DNA of 49,513 nucleotides. Source: Octopus bimaculoides (lineage: Eukaryota). The stretch is from NCBI RefSeq assembly GCF_001194135.2, contig NC_068990.1:19484912-19534424 (forward strand). The letters run 5' to 3'. Positions 15,082 through 27,548 of the stretch are shown here, one piece after another. The number at the start of each line of letters is the position of its first letter. Positions within the stretch are counted from its first letter, which is position 1. The notes beneath the pieces are model-generated. The model worked only from the letters and a program-made list of their open reading frames with translations, was not told the DNA's origin and did not search any database. Both the position numbers and the translations under genes were made by a program.

Positions 15082-15344
15082 NNNNNNNNNNNNNNNNNNN
15101 NNNNNNNNNNNNNNNNNNNNNNNNNNNNNNNNNNNNNNNNNNNNNNNNNNNNNNNNNNNNNNNNNNNNNNNNNNNNNNNNNNNNNNNNNNNNNNNNNNNN
15201 NNNNNNNNNNNNNNNNNNNNNNNNNNNNNNNNNNNNNNNNNNNNNNNNNNNNNNNNNNNNNNNNNNNNNNNNNNNNNNNNNNNNNNNNNNNNNNNNNNNN
15301 NNNNNNNNNNNNNNNNNNNNNNNNNNNNNNNNNNNNNNNNNNNN

Positions 15345-15388
<44 letters not shown>

Positions 15389-15429
15389 GTTTAATTTTTT
15401 TCAGTCATTCTAGAAGCGCAGCGTCCTAT

Positions 15430-15570
15430 CGTTTATTAGAAGGAATCGGAGGTAGTAATTATATTTAAATTCATGGTTTCTGTATTTTGCCGAGCCGCCA
15501 TGCTACGGGGAAATAAACGAATCAACATCGGTTGTCAAGTGTTGTAGAGTTGACAAGCAGAGACGCAACA
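15430..15570 (-). mobile_element. SINE family A, 3' half fragment
   Basis: ttttgccgagccgcc...acggggaaataaac...aacatcggttgtcaag matches the reverse complement of the family A tail. Confidence 0.6.
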
Positions 15571-17536
15571 ACACAATTTTTCATTTTGACAATGTTCACC
15601 ATTTATCAGGACGGAACTCCTTATACATAACAATCATACATACATACAAACACAAACACACACATATGTATGTATGTGATTGTTCAGTTTTATTTCAAGT
15701 ATGGTGTGAACGTATCTCTATAACATTTATACTTTACGAAACACACACGCGCATATTTTGAGGAATAGCTGTGGCAGGTACAGCAGTAATTGTTGATCTC
15801 AAACATTGACGCAAGGCCACAAATTCACAGGAGATATGCTCACTAACATTGATACAATTCAGTGAATTGACTTGATTTTCATGATCAATAACGAGATAAT
15901 TTACAAAGATGAACTGATATATTGTTTCCATCCTGCCTACTTTAGAGATCAGTCGCTTTACTTGGTTGCCTGACTTCTGTACCATACATCTTCCTAAAAT
16001 GCATAATGTCGTCATAAGATAACAAAAATAATATACTGGATAATATAGTACCTAATACAAAACTTTGAGATGGATCCGGATAGTGTAAGTTTGCTCATGT
16101 TTATTCTCCATGGGGAATGAATTGCAGCTAAATAACAATGATAGCGGGATACGGCCCGTGAAATTTTTAGATATTTTCCTTTTAATTTATCTATTTAACT
16201 AACAACAGGTTATTTATTTTTATAATGAAGCATCTTTTTCTATTCATTTCGTTATTCGTCCTATCTTCGCTTCTTTCTTCTTTGTTGCTATCTACTTTTC
16301 GTGTGGCACTTTAATCATCTTTATCGATCAATAATACGCCAATAATATATTCATTGAAATTACGTAGGTGTTTTGTAGAATCGGTAGAGATACATACACA
16401 TTGATATACTGCATATAGTCACTAAACCTTTATGTCCCAAATTTGTATCCCATCGATGTCAGTTTAGCTTTTATGCTTCCTTGATACGAAAAATAACGGA
16501 CCAGTTGGATACTGATATCGATTTAATTGACTGTTCCCTTTCCCGGTCTCGAGTATGTTTTAGAAATCAATACATTAATCGAAATTTGAGTTTAACAGTT
16601 TTCAATGGCATTTAAGTTTGATTTTAGTTATCGATCCATGCTCATATATTCAAACTCTTTCTCTATATTCTTATCTACTTGAAAAGTGGTTGTATACAGC
16701 AGGCGTTCCATTTAACCTTTCCAAATATCTCTGCTGATAAATTTCAGAAATGCCAAATATAACAAACGGGAAATTTATTATTTTACTTCTAACTTACTTT
16801 ACTTCATTATTTATTTTCAAATTACAATGAAAAAAAAAATGACTGTTTAACCATCATATTTCTATAGAATAAAGTCACTTTACGCTAAAAAATAATTGAT
16901 TAAAATAAAAGCGTATTGTTGCGTTCAAGAATGAGTAAGTTGTATTAATAAAAAAAATTTTAAAAATTAAATCTTCAGAGAATATTTCATATTATGGTCG
17001 CAACAACTAACATTTAGGAGGGAGAGTAATTCAGCTAATTCCTTGCTTTCAGTACAAGCTCATTATGATTGCAGTGAGTTGCATACAGTAGATTTAAAGA
17101 TTAGAAATAATCCTAGCTTCCATATCTGAATCAGGATGGCACTTTAAGTAGAAATTCAGATTAAAAATTAAAAAAAAGACACTATATTATTCCCTGTCTT
17201 ATCTATTATTCAGCAAGCCACAATGTGGCAGCTAAACTGTTCTCCAAATTGTTTGCACCACATTTACCTCAATAAAATATTCAGATAATCGTAATTTCCC
17301 AAAAGTCTTCTCGATACTTTAAACTGGTTATAAGGTTACCCTCTTCAGTAAAGTCGAAAAGTGTCAACAGGTTTACCTTATTATCATTTCAAGCTCTCTT
17401 TTACTCGAAGGAGTTAACAAAATCTGTGTAAACATACACCAACAGAATCCACTTTCAAGCTGATTGGCTATCTGGTTTTACTGATTGTCTCTTACTTTCT
17501 TTCTCTCCCGACACTGTGTCACTTTGTTTCTTTCTT

Positions 17537-17579
<43 letters not shown>

Positions 17580-18039
17580 NNNNNNNNNNNNNNNNNNNNN
17601 NNNNNNNNNNNNNNNNNNNNNNNNNNNNNNNNNNNNNNNNNNNNNNNNNNNNNNNNNNNNNNNNNNNNNNNNNNNNNNNNNNNNNNNNNNNNNNNNNNNN
17701 NNNNNNNNNNNNNNNNNNNNNNNNNNNNNNNNNNNNNNNNNNNNNNNNNNNNNNNNNNNNNNNNNNNNNNNNNNNNNNNNNNNNNNNNNNNNNNNNNNNN
17801 NNNNNNNNNNNNNNNNNNNNNNNNNNNNNNNNNNNNNNNNNNNNTAATATTAATGATCAAATGGTGAAAACAGAGTATAAGAAAAAGCAGTTTTGGCACA
17901 GAAATTGTTTCGGCTTAAAGTGGCACTGCTCCAGAGTGGGCATAGAACGATGCAATAACACCAGATGCAACGCACAATGCAAATCAGCCTCTTTAATTTC
18001 TTTAATTTTAAATTCCCATTTTTAAATATATATATATAT

Positions 18040-18290
18040 ATGTAACCACATGTGAATCGTTGGCGATTTTTTTTAACCTCCGTTTTCTTTTTCTATTGGA
18101 CTTTCCTCTGCTTCTGAAGATGAGCTTTGCTCAAAACGTTAAACCATCTTTCTTTCCTTCCCTGAGCATCTGCTAATACTTTACATGTACCACGTCCTCG
18201 TGTTGTCTTTTTTTGTGTTTGTTCTTCGTCTTTTTTTTTATTTACTATATATAGAGATAGATAGACAGATAGATAGTGTAAAGAAAATAC
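18040..18290 (+). mobile_element. Probable Penelope-like element terminal remnant
   Basis: Contains ctgaaga-t-gagc-ttt-gctc-aaaacgtt, resembling the minimal hammerhead motif of Penelope-like termini. Flanked by (TA)n. Confidence 0.45.
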
Positions 18291-18339
18291 GTGTTTCAAG
18301 AAATCAATAACTATAAACTAGACTATGACTGGAAGATAA

Positions 18340-18560
18340 CTGTTTACTGAAAGTAGCCGTCTTTACCTCCCACTACGGCCTCAAGACTGTTCCGGGATCT
18401 GGCGTATACGCTATGTTAGCAGATATTTGAAAATGCTGTAAAGTACTCCTTAATAAGTTCATCTTGAATCTTACTCTTGAGATGTGTCCTTGAACGGAGT
18501 TTGTCTGCTGTGGCAATAGAACACATATACTGGTCAAACCTTTCCATTTGCTGATAAATA
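18340..18560 (-). pseudogene. Possible decayed hAT (DUF4371-like) transposase fragment
   Basis: Minus frame 18547-18416 reads MERFDQYMCSIATADKLRSRTHLKSKIQDELIKEYFTAFSNIC*, followed by a shifted ...AYTPD. This resembles the recalled hAT motifs FDPVM, YLSxxIQNELI and DxTPD. Confidence 0.35.
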
Positions 18561-19498
18561 TATACTCGCTGAGATTACGGTGTGCAAATAGTAGTATACT
18601 TATTATAAAGCCCTTCTTTCAGGAATAATAATGAATGTAAAATTATATATGCATCTTAAAAACTATTTTCTAAAGCATGATAAACCTTGATTGCTTTTGA
18701 AAATTATTTCAACTAGCGGAACCCACGAATATTTCACAGAGTTAATAGTAAACATTTTGGGTTATTTTTGAAAACTTTATCTAAAAAACCTGAGGCGTTG
18801 CCTGTGTTGTGTCTGTATGAAAAGATAGTCGCTCGTCTACTAATCATTGAAAAGTGAAGGAAACTGGAATACGATGATTACTTAATGTACTTTATATATG
18901 TATATATATATAATCAGCATGATCCTTCATTATGTACACAGTGAAAAGCTTCTGTGGTCAACATCATTCTTTAGTTTTCATAAGAGATGAAAGGAAGGAG
19001 AAAAAACATTTGTTGATAATTCTAAGTATTTTTCTACTCGTTACACAATAACTAATATATAATCTCTCACCATTAACGGTTCTCTATCTCAAAGTCTTAT
19101 ATATGTAAAATGACATAAAATACAATAGATACCTATGCCATTTCCTTTTTGCTTTAATCTACATTTCGTTTCATATACAATGGTTACATTTTTAGTAATA
19201 GAAAATTGTTAGCTAGGAAGAATGTGATACAGGCTGGGCGTCATGCTTAACCAAAAATGGAAAACAATTTTTCTGACAAATTGGTGAAGGAAACTTTAAA
19301 ACTTCACTATATTTATCTCTAAGTTTAGAACTATCACCATTAACAATAGGCTCTTATGTATGAATTTTTCTGTAGTTATGCTGTACACTTATCCGCCACC
19401 GAATTCCTTGATATTAAGTTTCAAATCCCTAAGGACAAAGCTCTGAACCAGTAACTCATTCAATTATATTTTTGTAACACAATTATTATCCCTGGGTA

Positions 19499-19720
19499 AA
19501 GGAGGCGAACTAGCAGACTCGTTATCTCGCTAGGCGAAATGCTTAGCGGAATTTCGTCTGTCTTTACGTTCTGAGTTCAAATTCCACCGCAGTCTACTTC
19601 GCCTTTCATCCTTTCGAGTTCGATATATTAAGTACCAGTTGCGTACTTGGGTCGATCTAATCGACTGGCAACCTCCCACGCCAAAACAATATTTTGAGCC
19701 TTGTGCCTAGAGTAGAAAAG
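19499..19720 (+). mobile_element. tRNA-derived SINE, family B, with 18-bp target-site duplication
   Basis: Head ggcgaactagcagactcgttat...gaaatgcttagcgg, B-box-like gagttcaaattcc. Perfect direct repeat aattattatccctgggta at 19481-19498 and 19721-19738. Confidence 0.9.
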
Positions 19721-19809
19721 AATTATTATCCCTGGGTAGCAACTATTGTTTCCTATTTGCTTACCCATACAAAGTATGAGGAATGGCTAATATTTCTTTC
19801 AAACTTTTG

Positions 19810-19985
19810 TTTTTGTTACATTTATTCAAACCCCAAAGAATCCCTCTCAACACATGGTTATGATGATCCCCTAATATTCCTGCTCAACATTAGAGATGCA
19901 AGTATTGTCAGCCACTAAAGGACATGCTCAATTAGCTAAGGTCAAGGAACGGACTAGCAAATTGTATGTATTGATCAGAATCTTC
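19810..19985 (-). repeat. Family C fragment
   Basis: ccccaaagaatccctctcaacacatgg...gtcagccactaaaggacatgctca is the reverse complement of the family C core. Confidence 0.75.
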
Positions 19986-20568
19986 GCTATGACGATATTT
20001 CTACTTCAGCAACGTTTACTCTTTCTGAAATGTAATGGAAAATTGGTCAGTTTTAAAACAACTGTGTCCAGGTCACAAAAGCAAACTTTGAAAGGAATAG
20101 TATTAATTTCCTTTGATCTATAGATAGATATAGGAAACTTCACTTACTGACCAAAGACAAAAAGAAAAAAAAAATTAGAAATGGTGTTACACGGTCTTAT
20201 GGTGTCAATGTCTAATTTTCACAGAGAGTTATACTCTTATTATAATCCTTGAATTACTATAATCCTACAGTGTGTAGTGACGGTAAATGTTTGAATTAAA
20301 TGTACGGTAAATCCTATAGTTTTCCAACTTTTCCACCTTTGTTATCTCACATATCGTTTGTCGATCGATGATGTGGTAATTGAGGCTTGTTTCAAAGCTG
20401 AAGGATCGGACAATAGACCGGATGATTGCAAAACAAACATCTAAACCACTCAGCTATGCTAGTGTCCAATACATAAGTATTATTGTGTTTAAATATGTAC
20501 TTAGGTATATCGATTAGTATTTCTCGTAACGTGGCATCATCAAGACTAGACCTTAGCAAATAGTGTTT

Positions 20569-20640
20569 CGGTTATACACAATACGAGTACTCAAACAAAT
20601 AGCCACTTAAATGAAATAGCTTTCTTACTTGCAAAGAGAA
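20569..20640 (+). repeat. 72-bp dispersed direct repeat, second copy at 22203-22274
   Basis: The two copies match at 64 of 72 positions without gaps. Confidence 0.85.
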
Positions 20641-21373
20641 ATTAATTAGATACTCTACGAGAGAAAACAAGCTAATAACAGAACCTGGTGGAAAGAGCAG
20701 CTAAATCTTCAAGAAATATTTTACCTTCTTTAAATAATGCACTCCCGGTTACAAAATAGCTGAAAAAAAAAAAAACTTAGAACAAATTCGTATGAAAATA
20801 TTTGATAATAGGGCTGCTCATCAAGTAACTACCACGTCTACTCAACAAAATTACAAAAAAAACATGACATACATATAATTCAGCCATCGTTTATTTTAGA
20901 ATTTTCTTGAATCGGAAAGCCTTGTATTCCATTATAATTTTTGTTATGCGTCAAATGATAACAATCTTACATATATTTTCTAATTCTCAGTCAGTGTTAT
21001 TTATTTTAATTATCTTCAAAGAACTTGTCGGTATAAAAACAGAAGTTTCTTTGTATTAACACCTGCTTCTCTTCATTCGTATCTAAACTGGATGGCTAAC
21101 ATTAATTTCAAGCCTATATATTTATTTGTGTAAACCATAATGTTGCCTTACCGTGCCAGTTGGCATATGATCAACAATTCGACAGTAATAAATAAAACTA
21201 TGTAGACATCTTGAAAAACGAAAAATGAACGAAAGAAATCACTTAAAATAGCCCAGAATATCAATATCGATTAGTTATCTAGAATATCATAGTATTAGCT
21301 TTGTCTCATTGGATAAATTCATTTACCGCTTTCATATATACACACATGTGTATTATATATGTGTGTGTGTGTG

Positions 21374-21788
21374 TTAAGTAAAATGAGACAACAATGCCAA
21401 GGCCTTGTGGAATTTATGTCTCTACACTATCCATTTGTAATAACAAAATATGAACTCCAGTCGGAATCTCCATACCATGGGCAAGAAGCCTTTCTACCCA
21501 TTCTACACTTTCTTTGGATAATGGAACTGTAACTTTAACATCCTACATATATTCTTATTTTTATTGTTATTCTCTTATTTCCCTTTATACTTCCTATAGT
21601 CATCATTTTCCAAAAATAACTTCTTATATTGAACTCTATTATTTCCCTCTAGTTAACTCTATCTCACATATTGTTTCTGATGAAGGGATATCCCTAATAT
21701 CCCAGAAGCAACTGTAAGACTATCTTTCTCTTTATAAACATCCTATTAATTCCACACAGCCTTGGCTTTGTTGTCTCATTTTATTTAA
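21374..21788. mobile_element. Putative TTAA-flanked MITE
   Basis: 41-bp inverted repeats at 21374-21414 and 21748-21788 match at 37 of 41 positions, both starting with TTAA. AT-rich non-coding interior. Confidence 0.55.
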
Positions 21789-22557
21789 CATATACATGCT
21801 TACACACAACCTGCATTAGACTCCTCACTCGTATTATTATCGAACCGATAGTCTAACTACGGTCCTCCCGTAGCACGTACATAGTCTTACCAGCCATCTT
21901 GGTTCTTCTGGATACCAATAACTCTCATATATATATATATATATATAAGATATTTTATACATCTTCGTTCAGTTATGGTCTATTATATTATGTTAGAAGT
22001 AGATCAAAAATGAGGTTAATTACAGTAAGTCTTAATTTCTATGCACTGCATCATGAGAATCTTAGCTCGAACTATCCCATTCTTCTACAATATGTGCACA
22101 GAGGGGGATCAGTGTTAAAAATAACATTCACTAATTATCAACGCTGCCTCTCACAGCTTTGTATTGCTACTATTTAGTATAAGCTATTTACAGATAAAGA
22201 AGCGGTTATACACTATACATGTACTCAAGCAAATATTCACTTAAATGAAATAGTTTTCTTACTTACAAAGAGAAGGCAACATTTTACTGGTCTTTTGTGT
22301 AAACTCTCGGAAAAAGGGGACATCATTTCATAAAAGTGAGATTAATTTATATCTATAAAGAGTGTTATAATGTTTGGTATTGATATATGTTCAAATATAG
22401 AAATAATCTGTAAACATATGGTAGAGATATCTTATGCCTAGAGCAAAACTTTATAATTAGCTATTACACTGAATTTGTGCAAAATGAGATGATGTTACCA
22501 TTGAAATCTATTGATACATTCACTAAATTTGATTTTCTCTGTAACTAATCATTGCAG

Positions 22558-22602
22558 GTGTAAACTGTTCCACGCTACGATTCTTGGCCAACTGCATGAA
22601 AT
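22558..22602 (+). other. Possible 45-nt (probably untranslated) exon
   Basis: Strong acceptor gattttctctgtaactaatcattgcag with a ctaat branch-point-like motif, followed 45 nt later by AT|gtaagc. No recognisable peptide. Confidence 0.2.
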
Positions 22603-25600
22603 GTAAGCTACATATAATCCGTGTCACACATATTATCTTCAAGAAGCAAGTGCATATTCGATGATGACGTGTTTCTATATAAACTTATTTCGAAAAAAGG
22701 TACCATGGCCAAAACAATAAGTTTTGAATGGTCTGGGATAACCTTAGGTTTACATAGAAGAAAACAACAGCGATCCAGAAGCCTCTGTTGATTTATTCCT
22801 CACTATTCACCTAGTGAAATTATTACTCAATATGTATGTATGGGTACACAAAGTTTTAAAAAATGATCATTTTATTACATGATCTCTAGTTACTTTGGAA
22901 GATTTGGAGATAATACTCGTCACTATATAGCAGATGTTTTTATAACTAACTATGCTGAATTGAAATCAATTCCGAAAGTATGGTAACGTCTGTTCAATTA
23001 ACTCGTTTATATTGTAGCTACAGAAAACTGAAACTGCAGAGCTTTTATGAAAATCAACATTCTCATACTTTCGTGAATTTCGTGGTTTCACTATCAACAT
23101 AATGGAGCACATCTATTTATTTCATTGATTGTGGATTGGTAGTTGACCAAGACAAAACTAACCACATTTAAATTCCTCGTTTACATAGCATTAAATCCAA
23201 AATAAATTCTTTACAGAGTTTAGTTAGGTTCGTTATAACTGTTACCCTTCATTGCATTTCTCAGATTTCTTATTTTATACAAAAGTGGTTCAACCTTCGC
23301 ACGGAGAATAGTTATTGTATAAACAGACGACCTCAGCACATGAGTTTGCACTACATAAGTCATTTTGATAGATAGTTGATTCATTTACTAATAATTTATC
23401 TGTTTACTGAAGCAAGTGTAGTACATTGTAATGCGAATATTTGAAACACACAAAGTCATTTTGTTTTCGAGGGGAAAAATATCAGTCGTAAAAGAATGAT
23501 CATCAATTGTTGTCAGGGGAGTATTATTTCTTAGAATGATTAGGGTTACATTGCAATAGTAAATTGAATATTTGTCGTGAAGGCCAAGAAAGTGATTGCA
23601 AAAGCAAAATATCGGTTATAAGGCATAAAACCTTCATTCTCGTGGTGCCAGAAAGTTTGATATAATGGCCTGAATTATCATTTAATAAGGGCTAAATACA
23701 TCATTACAGAAACACATTTGGCTAACTTCCAGGATATTTTATTCTTCTGGGAATTCATTTTCCAAAGAACACTAGATAATATAGACAGATATAGCAGGAA
23801 ATATTTGCGCTCTTTCAAATTTCTCCAAATATATTAGTGCACTTAGAGCATAGGTGGCAATTTCAAACCTTGGTCAGTAGGAAATGATTCCCAAACGTTT
23901 AACATTTCTTAGAATTTTGTAATTTTGTAGTCTCCATTGAAGCACAAGAGATCACAAAATTTCGTTCTAACAACTATTTCAGGTTGTATTATTGAGATTG
24001 CATTGAATAATGGAATATTGATCTTCGATATTCAAAGCGTCTTTGTTTTATTACATAGTAAATGTTACAGTTAGAACAATAACAGGGAAACGATACACTT
24101 GATGCTGTTAGTGATTAGTACCATGCCTGCAATAATTTAGCATATCTATGGTTGAAGGTGTTGCAATCACTAATATCCGTTGCCTGTTGTAGCCAGTTTA
24201 CCTTAAGACAGTAGAACGTGACATGGCTGAGGATTTACCTGCTATTTGTAGCAAGTCAATGCATTCTTCTCTGTGCGATATTCTGTATTTTGTAGATGCA
24301 ATGATGGAGATCATCATAAATTTACGATTTGCCGACACATTCATTAAAAACACATGCAGTACAAACCCGTATGCAGCGACTGTCTGTTTACAAAATTTCT
24401 TATTTTTCTACATACGAATGTTGAAGTTAGCATTGAAAATTACCGAACCTGATACATAACTCTACTGAATTCCTGCACATAGCCCCATAATCTCTATTAG
24501 AACGTCTAGATAAGTTCAGCACATATTTGTTGAAAATATATTCTCTTTGCCTGTAACAAAGTCATACATGTCACATTTCTCGTGTCTCTATGCTTTTGTT
24601 TTATACATTGGGTATTTTAATATATTGTAAAATAGAAGCATTTATTGTGGAACGTTCCATTTTTTTAACATTACATAACATTTTATCAATTTAGTAATTA
24701 CATATAATTTGAATGAAACTTTTGAGTGATTAAGTGGAGGGAAACAAATACAATACAATACTGTCTGCATATTACAAACATTTGTGTTTTTGTGTTCGAT
24801 CGACGAACTGCCTTTCCATTCAGAGAACTACAACAGACAGACAATTCGACATAGCTTGAGCAAATAAACTATCAAGGTCTGGCTTCCATGGAAAATACAC
24901 AACATTCCATTACTGTCTTTGTTAAATAAGAGAGAGACGTTTACTCTGCAAATAAAATATAAAATATCTGAAGCCGAATCAAATAAAATTCCTACTCAAG
25001 TCAATAGTTGGGCTTCTAAATATCATTTCTTGTCTCAGAAAGCTATCTATGGGCAACACGAATTAAAAACAAACAAAATCAGCAATAAAGGTATGTGTGT
25101 ATCGATAGTATATCCTTACACATGCAACTACTGTTAAACGTGCACACAAACAAATATAGGTAAGTATTAAATTACACACAGATACATACAACGATTCACG
25201 TTCGCGCATGCGTGTGGTTATGTTATTCTTCCATAGATGCAACTAGAGATTTTCTTACAAATACGAACACTTGTGTCCGTCTGTGTCTTTTTTTTTTTTT
25301 GGTGTCTGTGTATATATGTGTAGGTATAAAGAAAAATACGAAGACTCACTTTTCTTAAATACTACGTGTATGTTTACAACAATTTGGTAAACACTTGAAA
25401 CAAACGATTTCGACAGATAGCAATCATCTTAATATTAGGACTACACTTCAGACAAGTCTATTTTGTATTCACGGCAGCACGAATGAACTATCTGACATTT
25501 TCTAAGGGAAACATCTATTTATTTCTGTTTGCTATCCTAACATTTAACCTTGCCCTCAACTCCATATGTATTCTTTTTTTATATATATTTATATAATCAA

Positions 25601-25672
25601 AGTTAAGTGTTATAAGTTAAGCAGTAAATAAATGCTGGATTTTTAACCGAATGCAATAAACTTTATTTCAAC

Positions 25673-25673
<1 letters not shown>

Positions 25674-25742
<69 letters not shown>
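25674..25742. repeat. Pure (AAT)n microsatellite
   Basis: Directly visible. Confidence 0.95.
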
Positions 25743-27347
25743 TTCTTCCATCAGTGTTAATATATTTTTATATGAAAGCTATAGTCATTTCAACGTAATC
25801 TCGGCTATTGCTGATATAGTTTATATGTATTTGGGGGTTTAATAAATACAATTGACACGATGGTTTATAAATACGAAAAATAGAAGAACGAAACTAAATG
25901 CCTTAATGCTTTCATCCAGGCCCTCAAACGTTTCGGCAAATCTGCAAAACTCATTTCAGCATGTTTAACCTAATATAGTGCGACAAGTGTTACATAGTTT
26001 TCTACGAAGCGAATACGCACAAATGTTTCGATTCCTGATTGGCACAAGATAGCTGATATTATGTTATTGGTTATTGTTGTTCTGGGAGAAAATTATAGAC
26101 ATCAAAATAGCCCACTTAGACCCTAGTCACTGAGTTCTTAGTCACTTAGTCATAATCAAGTTGATCATTGTTACTTACGTCACAATCACTTAACTGACAA
26201 CGCCTTATAAATATTGTTTTATTAAAGAAACTTCAAAGTCTTCTCTGACTTTGGCGAGCGGCGTAAGTCAAACTAACTTCATGGTAAACCAAAACACCAT
26301 CTGATCTATTTGAACTCACTGTATTCATAGTACAGTACCACTTGTTAAACCTTCAACCTCTGAATTATTAGGGAAAGAACAGTTAATTACGCACACTCCT
26401 CTTCGTGAATGGTGCTTTAATTCATTGAACTTGGAAAAGTAAAAAAAATTTCACATTGAGCCGAAATAAATAACGCAAGTTATTTTGCCTTGTTATAAAG
26501 TTCTGCTAAACCAGCAAACCTGAACAACGGATAGAACTACTTTTAAAGACCTAATGTCACATTAAGTCATTTGTTGTTTCTATAAAGATGAGTGTTTGTT
26601 TCTAGTTTCTTCACTTCCCAATATCACACAGAACTTAAATCACAGCATGTTTCTCGAGCAAACGTTAAACGTTATATTATAAATTTTCTACACATTGCAC
26701 AGCAACCTGGTTTTATACGTAAGTTGATTGAAGTGAAATCAATGGAAATAAACTGCTATGTAATTACATGAGAGAAAGCAAACCATTTTACTGTGAGCAT
26801 GGAATATCAATCGAGTATTGTTTAAACGGTTGAAAGATCACGTATTTGTATCGTATTCCCTCCAATTACATGTGAACACTAGATCACATAATTGCTAAAT
26901 TGATAGCCACTAATCTTAATTAATAGCTTGATCTGCTAGAAATAGCAGTCATTCACTAAAAGTACATCATCTTAGTAAATGAATGGAAACCGCAGATATT
27001 ATAAACCAAGTTACATTTAAAGGATGACAAAATTAAGATTCTCTTGCCTTTGATTACAAACCCGCTAATGAGGGGTAATTTGGGTCTAAACATCTCCCCC
27101 ATTTGCAATTTATTACTATTATCATTCTATTAAACACACTAAATTCAGAGTAGTTCTATATTCTACTTCTTATATAGAAGAGAGGCACATTCCCGAATCT
27201 TTAGTTTACGTCATTCGTCACAGCCAATCATATTCACGAAAACTTCTACGACTTTTCTTGTGGCTTGACGTTTACTGACGTAATCTACCGTCAGCTTTCT
27301 TCTATTTCCTATTTCACTGAAAATGCTTAAATATATGAAATATTGGC

Positions 27348-27548
27348 TTTAAATTTTGCACAAGGCCAGCAAGTTTGACTAAGACGAGTAAGGCAATTAC
27401 ATCGACACCAGTGCTCAACTGGTATTTATTTTATCGACCCATAAAGTATGAAAGCAAAGTCATACTCGGTGGAATTTGAACTCAGAACTGACAAATTGCC
27501 GCTAAGCCTTTTGTCCAGCATGGTAGCGGTTATGTCAGCTCATTGCCT
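27348..27548 (-). mobile_element. SINE family B
   Basis: gcacaaggccagc...ttttatcgaccc...ggaatttgaactcagaac...gctaagc. Confidence 0.85.

Noticed and set aside
25674-25742. Regular repeats considered as a CRISPR-like array
   Set aside because: Simple microsatellites with no repeat-spacer structure, in eukaryotic DNA with no cas genes.
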